DNA from: Amphiscolops sp. MND2022
Lineage: Eukaryota
Direction: 5' to 3'
Length of the DNA: 64,000 nucleotides
Assembly: GCA_964187785.1 (NCBI GenBank)
Contig: OZ076413.1
Coordinates: forward strand, 47,804,001-47,868,000
Position numbers and translations under genes: made by a program. This document shows, piece after piece, positions 39,895 to 53,169 of this stretch. Each line of letters begins with the position of its first letter. Position 1 is the first letter of the stretch. The notes beneath the pieces are model-generated. The model was given only the letters and a program-made list of their open reading frames with translations, made no database searches and was not told the DNA's origin.

Positions 39895-42800
39895 GCTCTG
39901 AGCTTCCAGATAATGGTTGCTAGCGGACAGCTGGAGACTCCAAAGAGCACTGTCGAATTCAAATTTGAGGTCGGAGACATCGATTTTCACGAGATTTTCA
40001 TAGTCATGGAAAAACTTACCAGTCCGTTGATCGGCCTTTCGTTCCTTCAACGGAACAACGCCATACTGGACATGCGACAGGGAGTCCTAAACTTCTCATT
40101 ATTTTCCATGCACTTCCACCACAAGTACACTAGCGTAATGGAAACCATTACCACAAGAGAGGATATTACCCTTCCTCCAAATGATAAACACATGGTCTCA
40201 ATGCATTTCCAGATGTATGAGGACTCTAATGTCACTGGGATCCTCCAACCGAGCAACGTCCTCACAGAAGATAGCGAAATTGCCTTTTGCGATGCTCTAA
40301 TCACACTGACCCAAGGTCAGGTTACAATTCATGTGAACAATTTCACTGACCAACCGTATACCCTCAAAAAAGGTTCGCACATTGCCAAATTCTCTGTCCT
40401 GACACCAGTACAGATGAAATACGTCAAACGCATTGACCCGGTGGCCACATGGCACCTTTTACAAGACAATCCATAAAATGCTGCCTATAACGCCAGCAGT
40501 TTGATCAAATCAACCAAGACTGAGGAAGACAAAGAGAACTACTGGTTCCCTACTCCGGAAGACCCTGGAGGCCCTCAACTTCACAGACCGATTCAGCAAC
40601 GATTCTTGAAGGAAGTACATAGCCTCCTGGAATTGGGAAAACTCAACCCTCAGGATGACCCTGAGTCCAGGAAACATTTCCTTGCGAACTTCGATTGGAC
40701 GGACTCAACGTTGAATCAAACTGAAATTAACAATTCGAAGAACCGCTCGTAGACTTTTACGACATCTTTGCAAAACACCGCTTCAATATAGGCATGAATG
40801 AGGACTTCAAGGTCAAATTGACACCTAAAGATGATTCCCCAGCCTATAGTCAGAGCTTACTGACGTCTATTAATCTCAAAGAGGATATCCTTGTCGAACT
40901 GGCACTGTTACATCGATATGGGATTATAACAACGCTCCCATTTTCCAAATACGCAAGTCCAATCTTTGCCCAGAAAAAACCAAATGGCAAACTTCGACTC
41001 TTGGTTGACCTTCAAAAGATCATTAACCTGATATCTGACGACTATATCAACAATAATCATCACTGTCAGCACATTAACAGACGCTGCCCAGCATATGGCA
41101 GGTGAACAATCTTTTTGCAAATTAAACTGTTCCCAAGCATATCACTGTCTCCAAATGGCAGACCAGATGTCAATTGAGATGCTAGTGTTCAACTTTGCAA
41201 GCAGAAATTTTGCCCAGCGCAAACTTGCGCAAGGTCTAAGTAGAGCCCTGTCAGTCTTTTCCAGCTTTATGCGCGAATATCTGGATAAAGTGATCAAGGT
41301 TTACCAATGCGCCCAGTATGTAGAAGATATTGGAATTGCAGCAAAAGAGGCTACCCAGATCATCAACAACCTTAGAGCGACGTTCCAGTGCATCACGACC
41401 GCTGGTCTCAAACTAACCATGCACAAATGTCACTTCGGCGCCAAAGAAATTGACTTCCTGGGGCGTACTATCACTCATGACGGAGTGCGCCCACAAAAAC
41501 ACAAGGTTCAAACTTTCTTAGAGAAAACTAAAGTTCCGAAATCCGAAAAAGCACTTTAAAGAAACTTGGGATTCCTGAATTACTACCTCAACTACATCCC
41601 AAGGCTCTCAGAAAAACTCACACCATTCTTCAATTTATTGAAAAATATTGCAAAAATCATGGTGACACCAGATCTGTTAGAACAATTCACCGAGATCAAC
41701 AAAGCTCTTGACCGATGTTGCGAACTTGCACTCAAACTACCTCTGCCCAACAAACAAATAGCCCTGATGGCAGATGCTAAATTTTTGGCAGCAGGTTTTG
41801 CAGTTCTCATCGTGGACGATCCACTGGAAAATATAATTCAACGCAAAAAGTCTTGGCACCTATAGCTTATGGATCCAAGACTTTTAACCCCGCCCAATTG
41901 AAAATGTCCATATACGCCGAAGAGTTCTTAGCGATATTCTTTGCCTTTAAAGAATTTGTCCAACTCTTTTGGGGGACCTCGGAACCGTTGATAATTCTAA
42001 CAGACAACAAGTCGGTCACTCGCTTTTTTCAAACTAAAATTATTCCTCCAACTCTGTGGAACGCGTGTGACTACGTTTTTCAGTTCAATTTTACCATCTA
42101 TCATATACCTGGCAAAAATAACACTGCAGCTGACTATTTGTCTCGTCTAGAAATCTGCCCTGAAGAAGAACTCATACTCCGTATACGAGAATATTTCAAC
42201 GACGCCCATTGAACTCAACGTCCAATCAGCTGGAGTCACTGAAGTGGACCAGCTATTCTACACAGACGACGATGAAGAAACAGAGGAGCAAATTTGGAAG
42301 CGGAAACAGGACGCCAGGTCAAACCCGACGAGTCAACTTCCTGACATTTTGTTAGACAAACTAAGTACTCACAATAGTCATTATCTCCAAACTCCAATTC
42401 TACAGAAACTTGCTAAAACAACCACCATGGCTATTGAACAACAGAACGATATCATTTTACACCTATTACGCCTTAAACTCCAGAAAGAAGAATATTCAGA
42501 AACCATCTTACAGCAAGACCCACGTTACCGACATTACTGCAGTCAAGTTGACCGTCTGTCCGTCCAAGATGACATAATCACTAGAGACTACTATGATGAA
42601 ACAGGCAGCATCCAATACCGCCAAGCGCTACTTCCGAAACACCTTGTGACTGAATTACTTCAATCACTACATGGAACTACGAAACATTATCCCGGAATTT
42701 CCATTCCAAAACGATTCATGAAATCCGCCAAAAATATTACTATCTGGGAATTGCAAAAATCATCAAAAAATGGGTACAAGATTGTGAAATATGCATAAAG

Positions 42801-44284
42801 TAGAAGAGGATCAAAAATACAACGATAACGCCCGAACTACTCAATTTACCCGAATGGAACCTTGGACCGGAAGATGCTTTACAAATTTATCTTTTGCCCA
42901 ATCTACCACCAAGTGGAGGATATGGACATATTATAACGGTCTTAGACGTTTTTTCGAGATACCTTTTTGCCTACCCTGTAACAGACGCCTCGGCTACTAG
43001 TACAGGAAAAGTAGTCCTTGATATCATGACGAGGGACACATACTTACCAACTACACTAATTACCGACAAAGGAACTGCATTCTCGTATCGTTTAGTTGAC
43101 GAAATTACCAAAATCTTAGGAATTCAGAGAAAGTGTGCAACGACGAAGCACCCTCAGACAATAGGTAAAATAGAGCGAACTCATGCCAGTCTCAAATGTA
43201 ACCTCAAAATGGCATCTGGTGAATACAGACGTCAATGGCAAACATATCGTCCATTGGCAGTACTCAATTATGATACGAATTACCATTCAAACCTAGGAAG
43301 CGAACCTTCCAGAAAATTTCATGGCAGGGATACCCTAAAATTGAACCCTAACCAAAAAATTTTACCAACAACCAACTTTGCCGAAGAATTTTAAAGACGC
43401 TCACAATTCCTTATTGACAAGACGAAGAAAAACATCATGCAATTATACTTAAAGTACAAAGAATATTATGACATGAAGGCTAAGGCGGCCCCTCTAGAAA
43501 AAGGTGATTTCTGTTTCCTTTTGCAACCATTATTTGATCACCAAGGCTCAAAAATCCCATTTCGAGAAATTCGGTAGATAGGGCTTTATGTCATTGAGAA
43601 GGTCCTCCCTAATGAAAATTATATAGTCCGCAAACTTAAATATAACAAAACACAGAGTTTACATCGAATTCGATTACGAAAATACAAGCCAAATACTACA
43701 CTACAGGACAACCGCCCGGAATGTAATTTGCAAGCGGATGATGAAATCATTATTCCACAAGACGATTTATATATTATTTCGTGGGAAACAGATTTTGACG
43801 ATTTATCTACTCATTCTGATTCAAAAACCAAGTCTGACGCGGATTCTGGTGATTCTGACCGACTGGAAGCTATAATTACGGAAATGGGCCTACGGTCCTC
43901 TCGACAGGACGAAAATACTGATACTGCTGCTACTGAGCTGCGTGAGCACGAAATGAAGCGGACCTTCAGTCCGCTCGACTGCAGTCAGATACTCACTCAG
44001 CCGAGGATGAGCAGCCGGATGAAAAAACGGCTGACGCGGACCTCCGGTCAACTCGACTGCAACAGAATACTGTTTCGAAAGCGACGAAATGACCTCACAG
44101 AGCACCTCAAAAGCAGGAACTTCGGATTTTTCAAATGTCGGGGGGGGGGAATGATACGATCGTGCACGACATTTTTGATACAGAAAAAGATGCTCCGGTT
44201 GTAGAAAATCAAAGTCTCAGCGCAAAAAAAAATAATTTACGCACTAACCTTACTCCCAACTTTACTGATGAATACAGATACTAG
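39895..44284 (+). pseudogene. pol: pol: protease C-half, dUTPase-like segment, RT, RNase H, integrase (many stops/frameshifts)
   Basis: LIGLSFL (PR); SPIFAQKKPNGKLRLLVDL, LAQGLS, QYVEDIGI (RT); ADAK...PIAYGSK...ILTDNKS...NTAADYLSR (RH); DVFSRYLFAYP, ITDKGTAF, IERTHASLK (IN); ends PNFTDEYRY*. Confidence 0.95.
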
Positions 44285-44499
44285 TCAGGAAAAATAAATT
44301 AAAAGCCCAGTTGATTCTTTTTCAACAAAAAGTACTTTTATGAAGCCTGGTCTGATTTGCCGACTGAACAAAACTTAGTGTCAAAAGTGATACAGAATGA
44401 TGACCAATAATGCAAGAATACAATCAAACAAATATAAATAAAGCAACATAAGAGAAAATGAACAAAGATGCAGTCTAGAAACAATTGTACATATGTACA

Positions 44500-47400
44500 A
44501 TTAAAATCTTGAACTGCACGCAGTTAATAAATTCTCAGCAGATTGTGTTACCTCGCTCCCAGTTAACAAGTGACTCATCCTCTTTGACACTCCAGACTTC
44601 TTAGACTCAACTGGCTTAACAATATCGGAGACTTTGGACGTAGGCTCCAAATCTTGACTGCGACGACATGTCCCATTGGGATCCAAATGCTCAAGAAATC
44701 CAGCGCGCCCAAAAAATCTACATTGTCCCAAGGGCTAAATACATCTGACGTCCTAACCCCAAAAAAAGAAGGTTCGAGTCGTAGGAAAGCGGCAATAGAT
44801 TGATCGGAAATGACAGACTCTATACCATTGGGCACATTCCGGAAGTAGAACTGAACTGACAACACTACATCCACAAAACCATTTGTTGGATCGTCGGTGT
44901 CTACTGAGCCCATTTTGACTGGTGGTAAGGCCAGGAAAGGCTCGTCAAGGCACAAACAAGCCAAACGAAAAAGCTTGTGCAGTAACGGGCGACTCTGGAG
45001 GGAAGATTATTCCAAGAGGAAACCCACAGTATCCCGGACTGTTGATGTTTCCCTGACCCCAAGAGGGTTGGTTGATGCAATTCAGGATACTTGCGCCAAA
45101 GATAGTCGACAAATGACATGTATTCTTCGTGATATTCAGTCTCTTGGTCAGAAGAAACGAATTCTCTGAGTCGGAAGCTAGTAAATAGCTGAGAAAAAAT
45201 AGTAGGCGGCATGCGGAAAAGGGTCATGTAGCAAAGTATCAAAATCAAAACTTCCGAGTCCTTTCATCAGAATAGTAGTGAGAGTTTTTGGTTCCACACA
45301 GAACTAAATAGATGAGAAATATAACTTCGGGCAGATCTCCCAAAACCATCTTTATTTCTGTTTGTTAAGGCATCTATTGGCAGCCCTTGGTCCTTTTTGT
45401 CACGTACGTCCTTTTCGGCCATGGCTCCTCATGCGACCATAAGTCTAGGTCCTAATTTGATCCGCGAAATAAATTCAGAGACAGTGAGCGCAGTTACAGT
45501 CTTAATGTCCAAATTCAATATGGCAGGCCAATCCTGGTCGTCTGGCAAATCCTTTGGATTGGAACATCTCCGGGCCATTTTGAATAGGTACTGACACAAC
45601 TGCCGATACAAATAAAATTTGCGGTCTTTGCGTCCACTGACGCTGATGGTAAAACTATTTAAATCTAAACATCACAAATCACCCACTTCTGTAGTCAGAA
45701 AGACGTAAGAAGTACTCAAAGCATGACTGCATTAGAGAACAACCAGGTTAGATACTCAATAACATACGCAGTGTGTTGTCCTAGAAACCTTAACCCCACG
45801 TCAGCAAATAAAATATACTAACAATCCCGTGCCAAACATTGGAAGAGCTCAAGTTTGGTAGTGAACAGGTTGTCATACACAAGAGACAACTCTAAGCTCT
45901 GGGCCTGAAAAAAAAAGATTGCTTCCTGCCGAAAATGAATGGACCTTAAGTACAGTGGACGCGAAGGAATTACCTGGTTCTTTACTCCTTTTATCTCTTG
46001 GAAGTATGAAGTCCAACTCAAAAAATCCCGAACGGAACTCCAGTTGGATAGCTACTCCTGACACAACACATGTAACTCCGCAAAAGCTAATTTGCAGCTT
46101 CGGATTGCCTATGATCAAAAATGAAGGGTCAATTAACAAACTAGTTAATAGTTGGAGTACCTTCGAGAGGAGATAGAAGAACGCATTCAAGGCTGAGACT
46201 TCCTCAGAGGAAACCGATGAGATAATGTAGTACTGACACAAAGTTGATTCTCCCGAAGACACAGTGGCTCCGTTTGTACATGAAATTTTGGAGTGACAAC
46301 TCCTCGAATCGCTGAGGGCTCTGAATAGCTAGTGGGAACAAAGGACTGTTATACAACAACTGCACTAGCTCTAGCGAGCATCCACTACTGCAAACTAGGG
46401 AAGGACGTATCGAAATGGCAGCCGAATGGAGTCCAGTAAGCAGGTCTACCTCCGCCGCGGCTCGTCCTAAGTCACGTCCAGTTCGTTTTAAGAGAACCCT
46501 ACAGAGCTATTTGTCTTTCCAGAACCTCAAGTGGAGGAAGAGGAACACACGTCTCACCTCGAAATCGACAGCATAATACCCACTGGAAACGACATGATGT
46601 CCTATATCTTCAAGCATTTGGACAAAGATGTGATGAAATAGCACCTGAAACACAAAAAAAAAGATTTTGAGACAATCCATCTTAGATGAACACTTTAAGC
46701 TTCAGTGAAGTCAGAAAGACAATAAGTCTAATCACATGCAATTAACTAGAGCAACCTGAAGACCTGATTTCAACCTTAGCACATACACAAAGACAGGAAA
46801 ATGTCTACGAAATTAATTCTAAGGAACTAACAGATTGTCTCTCTTTGACCCAATTGAAGTCAGAGAAGAGGGCTTGGTGATTGACGACAACACCAACGTC
46901 TTTCCACAACCCTCTGAGGAGTCCAAGATCACCGACTGATGGTAGGAAGTGCCCCAGAATCGAAAATTGAACCCCTCACTCGGTTTTCTGAAGAGGACGT
47001 AATGTGGGTGTTGCCAGCTATGACCTCATGATAATAAAGAAGCTTTTCCCCGATGTCCACTAACTCAGCGCCTTTAAAGTACTGATACTCCCTCCGAAGG
47101 TCGTTTGGTGCCTGTATTTGTCATTTCCTGTCTCTGAATTGATGGTGAATTGTTTTGATAAGAGTGTCTTCTACGGCAAGATGCTCATATCGCCACCTGT
47201 GATCATTGCGAAGGTGAAGTTCGGTAGAATGGTCCCTGGCTTTTTCTTTGCCGCCTCGACCATAAATCGAGATGTTCCCCTTACAAATTTGAAAATAAAA
47301 TTTGTAAGGGTCCCGCCTTGGGTCCATTGGACCAGACACAAACGTTCGAGTGCAAGCCATCCCATCCAACATCTCGTTCCTAAGAATCTTGCTGGATCTT

Positions 47401-48893
47401 GACACCGCCTTTCGTGGATTGTTCACTTTGCTTTTCTGTGTAGGTTTCCTACGGCCCTTACAATTAGCCTTAGCCGATTCCTGCTTCAGTTCCGCTGACG
47501 TCTGGTTCCCGGGGCTTTTACAGAATTAGGAGTAGCAATCAGGCCTGCTCGACTGCTACCGGCAACGGAAGTACTGGGTACTTGGATGGCTGACATGGGA
47601 CTAGAACTATGTCCCCGGTCTTCTTCATCCAAAATTCTCCTTCACTGGTAGTCCCTCTACTGCAAACTTTTTGTCCGCTGTCTTCTACACCAAATGACGT
47701 CCAGTTTCCTTCTGATCCAGTTGTGCAGGAGCGAACTGATATGGGACGATGCATCTGTGTCTTGCTTGCCAAGGGCGAATCTTGGATGCTCAAATGACTA
47801 GCCCGAATTACAACACTGTTGAGCATTTCGAACGAAGACCTGGCCGTCTCATCTGCGACAATACGGAGGATATGTCCAATTTGCTCTTGATTGAGGGAAA
47901 TACTTGGATGGCCTTGAGGTAAACTGAACGAATAGGCCTTTTCGAAGTAAGTTCTGATAAGCTCCTGACTATGAATCGCAAGCGGAGCAGCACCACCAGA
48001 GCGTTGGACTGCTTCATCTGGCGAAAGGTAACTTGATCCTTTACTGAGTGGGGGGCAAAGTTGCAAACTGGGGCGGAAAAGGCGTCCGCTAGGGTATACC
48101 TCTTGTAATGCACTGACTCAGGATCACTGATTGCCTGCTCTCCCATTTCAACACATGACATAGGCATATCTTCCTCGGACAAAGGTTTGGGCTGGCGGTC
48201 GTTATGACTGGAAGTAGAAGCAAAACAAAGTACACGGTGTTCCAGAGTTGGAGAAAACGAAACTTCAATAGCCGGAGCGTTGATGGTGACCTTAACTTTG
48301 GGGTTTTTACTACCTGGCTCACGTTCCCGAATGCTGGAGTGGATCTGCGGTGTGGGGAGAGAAACATCTCCCTGCATTTGAATGCCAGTTTCTGTGATAA
48401 GGCTAACAAGTGGGACAGTAGGAGTTAGGCAAATAGGTTCACTATCGCTGGCCTTCGGTGGCAGGGTAGGTTCAACTGACTCGGAATCCATTTTTCCAGG
48501 ACTCAAAGCCTCCACTTTCCTAGCACAATAAGCGCTCACACTCTCGTCAGAACCACTGCTGCTGAAGACAAATCATCCTCTCCGGTATATTTCTGCCAAA
48601 AGGGAGGTACTTTCAGCTCCTCTTTTGACTTGAGGGCTACTTTACAGCTTGGGAATAGTGATGCTTGCTGCTGGCACTCTCTCGACAGTTTCTTCTGGTT
48701 CAGGTGATGAAACGATAATCTCAAACACTTCAATGACGTCTTCAGTTAGTTCGCTAGCCTGGTCCGCAACGTCAACATCATTTTGGCTTGTTTTCAGCCT
48801 CTCTTCAGTAAACTGAGTTGGTTGGCCGTTCGACGTTTCTCCTGAACGGAAAGAAATAAATGAGCGCAGTTGACTTCCTGCATAAAAATCCAT
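44500..48893 (-). pseudogene. Antisense, probably spliced gene in the Gypsy 3' region with a BED/C2H2-like zinc-finger remnant
   Basis: Collinear minus-strand ORF pieces; KFYFQICKGNISIYGRGGKEKARDHSTELHLR at ~47200-47310; minus-strand polypyrimidine-CAG acceptors at 48842-48844, 46645-46647, 45905-45907. Confidence 0.62.
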
Positions 48894-50292
48894 CTTGCCG
48901 CAAAATTATGAAACCTTCCGGAAGTAAGTTCTACACAATGTTCATGCTTTTAGCAAACATTTCACGATAGAGGAAGTCACAAAGTTAGAATTTAGCCCTG
49001 ATCAAGTTTGTTTCTAACAAAACTAAAAAGAACCAACCTGATGTCTTATCCATAAGGAAAGACCGAAATGATTAAGCTCAGTCTGTTTTTGGAATATTCG
49101 GGAAACTGGAATTATATAGCACGCCAATGAATAGGGTGACGTCGGGTCAAAACTGCCAATGTCAATAAGAAAGTGAGTTGTTCCCAATTCGTTCGTTTTA
49201 GCTCGAGAAAAGTGAGAGTGTAACTGTAGAATGTGTCCGCAAAATCCTACATGTTCCTTCCCGATATAGTATGGTAATAGACCCAAGGTCAGAGAGACTG
49301 CAATAGTTTACCGGAATATTCTAGTACAGCTCAAGTGATGCTGCTTGAAATCTATTACGGGAATGACGGTGAAGGGCAATCAACGAGTTTCTCACAGTCA
49401 TTTAATCATCAAAATAAAATAATTCAAATGTAATGAATGGACGTTTGACTACTCGTGCGTAGGCGCTATTAGAGTTAGTAATACTGCTGGTACTTTACTG
49501 TTACAATGCGAGGTACTTAAATACTCATACAAATTCGTTACCATACTTGATCCAGCATCTACTTGAATGCACTCAATTACTGGACGTTATACAAAATAAT
49601 AGTGTTAAATTCACAATGGAAGTCGTGGCTGCATACAAACTAGCTTTATTTACAATAGTAGCTCAAATGTTTATTCTTATTCTACTACGCCTATTTAAAC
49701 ACTGATTTACAAGTACTGAACGTGCCAGTGATGTACTTAATTAGCACTTACTAGCATGTTATCCATATTTGAACCTTTTCGTTTATTCATTCATTTCACC
49801 TTGTTATAAAAGATTAGTTCAGTCCGTTTCGACATTTTCTTCCTTTTAGTTTTGTTCATCATCAACTCATCTCTATAGCCTGATTGGCCCGCAATTTACT
49901 GCAGTCAGGCGGACCGAAGTTCTTTGATGAAGTTTGTTGACAGAAAAGTTAATGGTGATAAAGAATTTAGTTGCCTCTTCACGCCTTTGAAGATGATGGG
50001 GAAACAATCTCAAGTGGCTTACCAACACGATAATTATAATGAAAGTTTACTGACAATTGAAATTCTCAATGGAACTTGAAAACCGAATGAGGAAAATTAA
50101 GGAATGATTCGGGGGATTTCAGGCTTCTTTCCCTCGCGAAAACGAATATCACACCTTAAGTCAGGCAGACGGCATAAAATCATTCATCAACCAACTAACT
50201 TGAGGATCAGTTTACCAATTTGATAAACCTCGAAACTGCTGAAAAATATTGTTCTTAACCCGATACATCAACGGGATGCTGCTTCAATTTCA

Positions 50293-51041
50293 AATGGAGG
50301 AACCAACACGACCCTTGGTGAGTCTGTCTCATCGATCCTCTGACGAAGACATGGAGATCGACTCTATCTACTCAGTACAGGATGAAACCAACTGTGATAG
50401 CGATGACGATGACATAAAGGTTATCGCCTGCTACTCGGAAACCTCTGAAATTCCGCTACAACTCGTGGCTGGCTGAGCCATGACCACTGAATTAGCTGAC
50501 TGTATGAGCAACCTTGGCTTGTCAGAGACGGATCAGAGTGTGTCTGAAAGTTACTTCAGAACCGTCCGAGGAATTGACAGAATGGTTCGTACGAAACCCT
50601 CCCCCACTTACTCTGGGCAACAGCCCTATACTCACGCAATCGCACATTGTAGCCGGATTGACCCAGTGCGTTATTCGCCCATGTCACCGCCCTTGATCGA
50701 CCAACACACAAACTACGCTCTGCAAACCTACAACTACAATGAACCACTGGCAGATCACTGGGCCAACAATCCACATATCACCGGACTAGGAGTCAGTCTG
50801 GGCGGAAGATGTGGACAACCCAATGAAGTTGGCCACAGTGGTTGTGTTATCTCTGGAAAGTCCTTCGCTGCTATCAAGGAATTTGGAAAGTACCCACATC
50901 CCTGACGAGACGTATGACCTACACCGGGCACGCCGCAGAGCATTTCAAGCCGGTGTGAAGGCAGGGTCCTTCATCTCAGTCCTTCAAGGAGTGTCACAGG
51001 CTGCAACCTGTGACTACATGTATTATCAAATTGCTCCGTGA
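50293..51041 (+). pseudogene. Extra sense ORF (acidic N-terminus) ending inside the 3' LTR
   Basis: In-frame pieces 50249-50476 and 50480-50905 separated by one TGA, then 50811-51041 running into the LTR (QGVSQAATCDYMYYQIAP*). Confidence 0.45.
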
Positions 51042-52476
51042 ACGATCAAGGTAACCCCGGACCGGGGGTACTCCCTATATGAAACTCTTGAAACGCTACT
51101 TCTTGAATTATCAATTTCACTTCGAATACAATTTCATGTAAAACTGATTAAATCAACATTTGATTAATTGCCTACCCCAATATTGTAATATACTGACCAT
51201 TGGTCAATTTTGACAGCAACGTACTACTTTGGTTTATCTGAAAATTATATTAATTCTCATTTCATTTATTGCAATTTCATTTGCTTAGTAACTCTAATAC
51301 TCTGACGGTGCGACAAAGATTTCAGGTGCGATACATTTGCAATCAATCAATAAGCGATGTTGTATTGTGCCTTAATATCTTGCAAAACAGGGTAAAAAAT
51401 TGGAAACGTGTTCAACTGACTCAACACTGCAGTCATGCTGACGCGCGGTCTAAATTTTTTCTGACCAATCCGAGCTCAGAATGAATCACTAGATATGACG
51501 CTCTCACTATATGAAATGTTGCTCTTAACTTAGTTTCAGTTACATGTAAATAAATAACATGATATTTTGATGCTATTTATAGTTCCCCCATCAGAATGAC
51601 GCATTGTCTGGTGACCTACTCTGTTTTAGTATCTATAACCTAACATAAAACACAAAAGCTTTTTTTAGAATGATCATTTTCTAAATTTAGCAACACTACA
51701 CTCAAAATTACGCTTGTCATGCCGTTCTGACTGCATATACGAGGAATTTGATGTCATTTGAATAATTGTTCATGATAAATACTCACAAGCGGCGTTACTG
51801 TTTCGATTATTCCAAATTTATATTGACAATTCACTGTTGAAAACAAAACGATTTCTTGACCATTCCTTCAACTAGAAAGCAGAAAGCAAGAGAGAAATGT
51901 TCTAGACAATCTGACAGTTTTGTCTGATATCGAGAATCTTGATGTAATGTCAGGGAGTTATCAAAGAGATAACAGCGAAACGCAGGATGGGAATAACGAA
52001 AATGAAATAGACCTAAGGTCAAATAGACGAGGAGAACGGTTCCATCAGATTGAAAATGACTACAGGTCTTACTTAAATACTAATCTCAGCTATCAGTTGA
52101 GAAAATTAGTCACAAATGTCTAGGAAGTTTGAAGAGATGCAAACAGGCTTAAACTCTCAGATATTAGACGTTATTAATGTTGCAATTGAAACAAGGGTGT
52201 TACCAAGCTTCAAAAATGCTGTAGGAAGCCAGAATTCAGCTAAAATTACAAATTTGGACCTTCCGTCAGATGTACTGCATCCGAGTAACTTCACTCAGGT
52301 ACGTCCTCAGAAGGACCTTCAGTCAGATAGACTGCATCTAGAAAATGACAGCCATGTAGCTCTGGATGCTCAGAATGATTTCCCGAGATTGGTAACGACG
52401 AGATGTGACCGAATGAATTACTGTGAAGAGAATTCAGTGGATTCTCATCATGGTGATGATGAAATTGGTTTCTACA
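50992..52476 (+). repeat. 3' LTR
   Basis: Begins TGTCACA after a short purine run (AAGGAG), ends TTCTACA; diverged copy of 1563-3138 with internal deletions. Confidence 0.9.
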
Positions 52477-53169
52477 CTCTTGCAAGAAACTTGAAGTTGG
52501 TAGTGCTCAATCTTTGTAGGTCACTAAAGTCCGCATGATTTTCAGTCGACACAATTAAAATAAACGGAGCTTTTAGAATAGAAGACCCCAACTGGTGACT
52601 ATTCAAATCGTAGAATATTCAAACCGTCGAAAAAAATCAAGGCTATTCAAAGCGTCGAAAGAGTTCTATAGCAGTGATTATTTTGAAGTTATAAATTGAA
52701 GAGCTTAGCATATTTGTTGTATGGCTCGGTCCCTTTGCTCCCTTCGCCAAGCAGCAACATTGAGGCATGGCCATATGGCACGTCGCTCCGCTTCGCTTCG
52801 CTCCTGCATTTAGGGGTATATGAGCATAGCTACTTATATTATCGTAATTAGTTCGTCGCTTGTGCTGTATTCACTTTACTGAATTTGATTGGCTCCTTGA
52901 ATGAAAATTTGGTCACGTGACTATGACGCGCAGTATTTACTTCGTGTAAACTGCTTTCGACGCTTTGAATATTCTACGCTTCGAATCGTCCCCATCGTAA
53001 CTGTTACAGTCATTCGTTTTTTGTCATTAAAACAGACTCGAGAGCGACGAAAAATTTGTTCAACAACACGAATATCTGCGATAATCATCTAAGTTACTGC
53101 AAAGGTTTACTTCTTCCGTTTTTGACTTTTCAACGTAACATACAATACTGGACGAGACTGAAGGCCCCC

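Noticed and set aside
44285..50991. env gene
   Set aside because: No long sense ORF with signal peptide or transmembrane segment; the coding remnants are mainly antisense.
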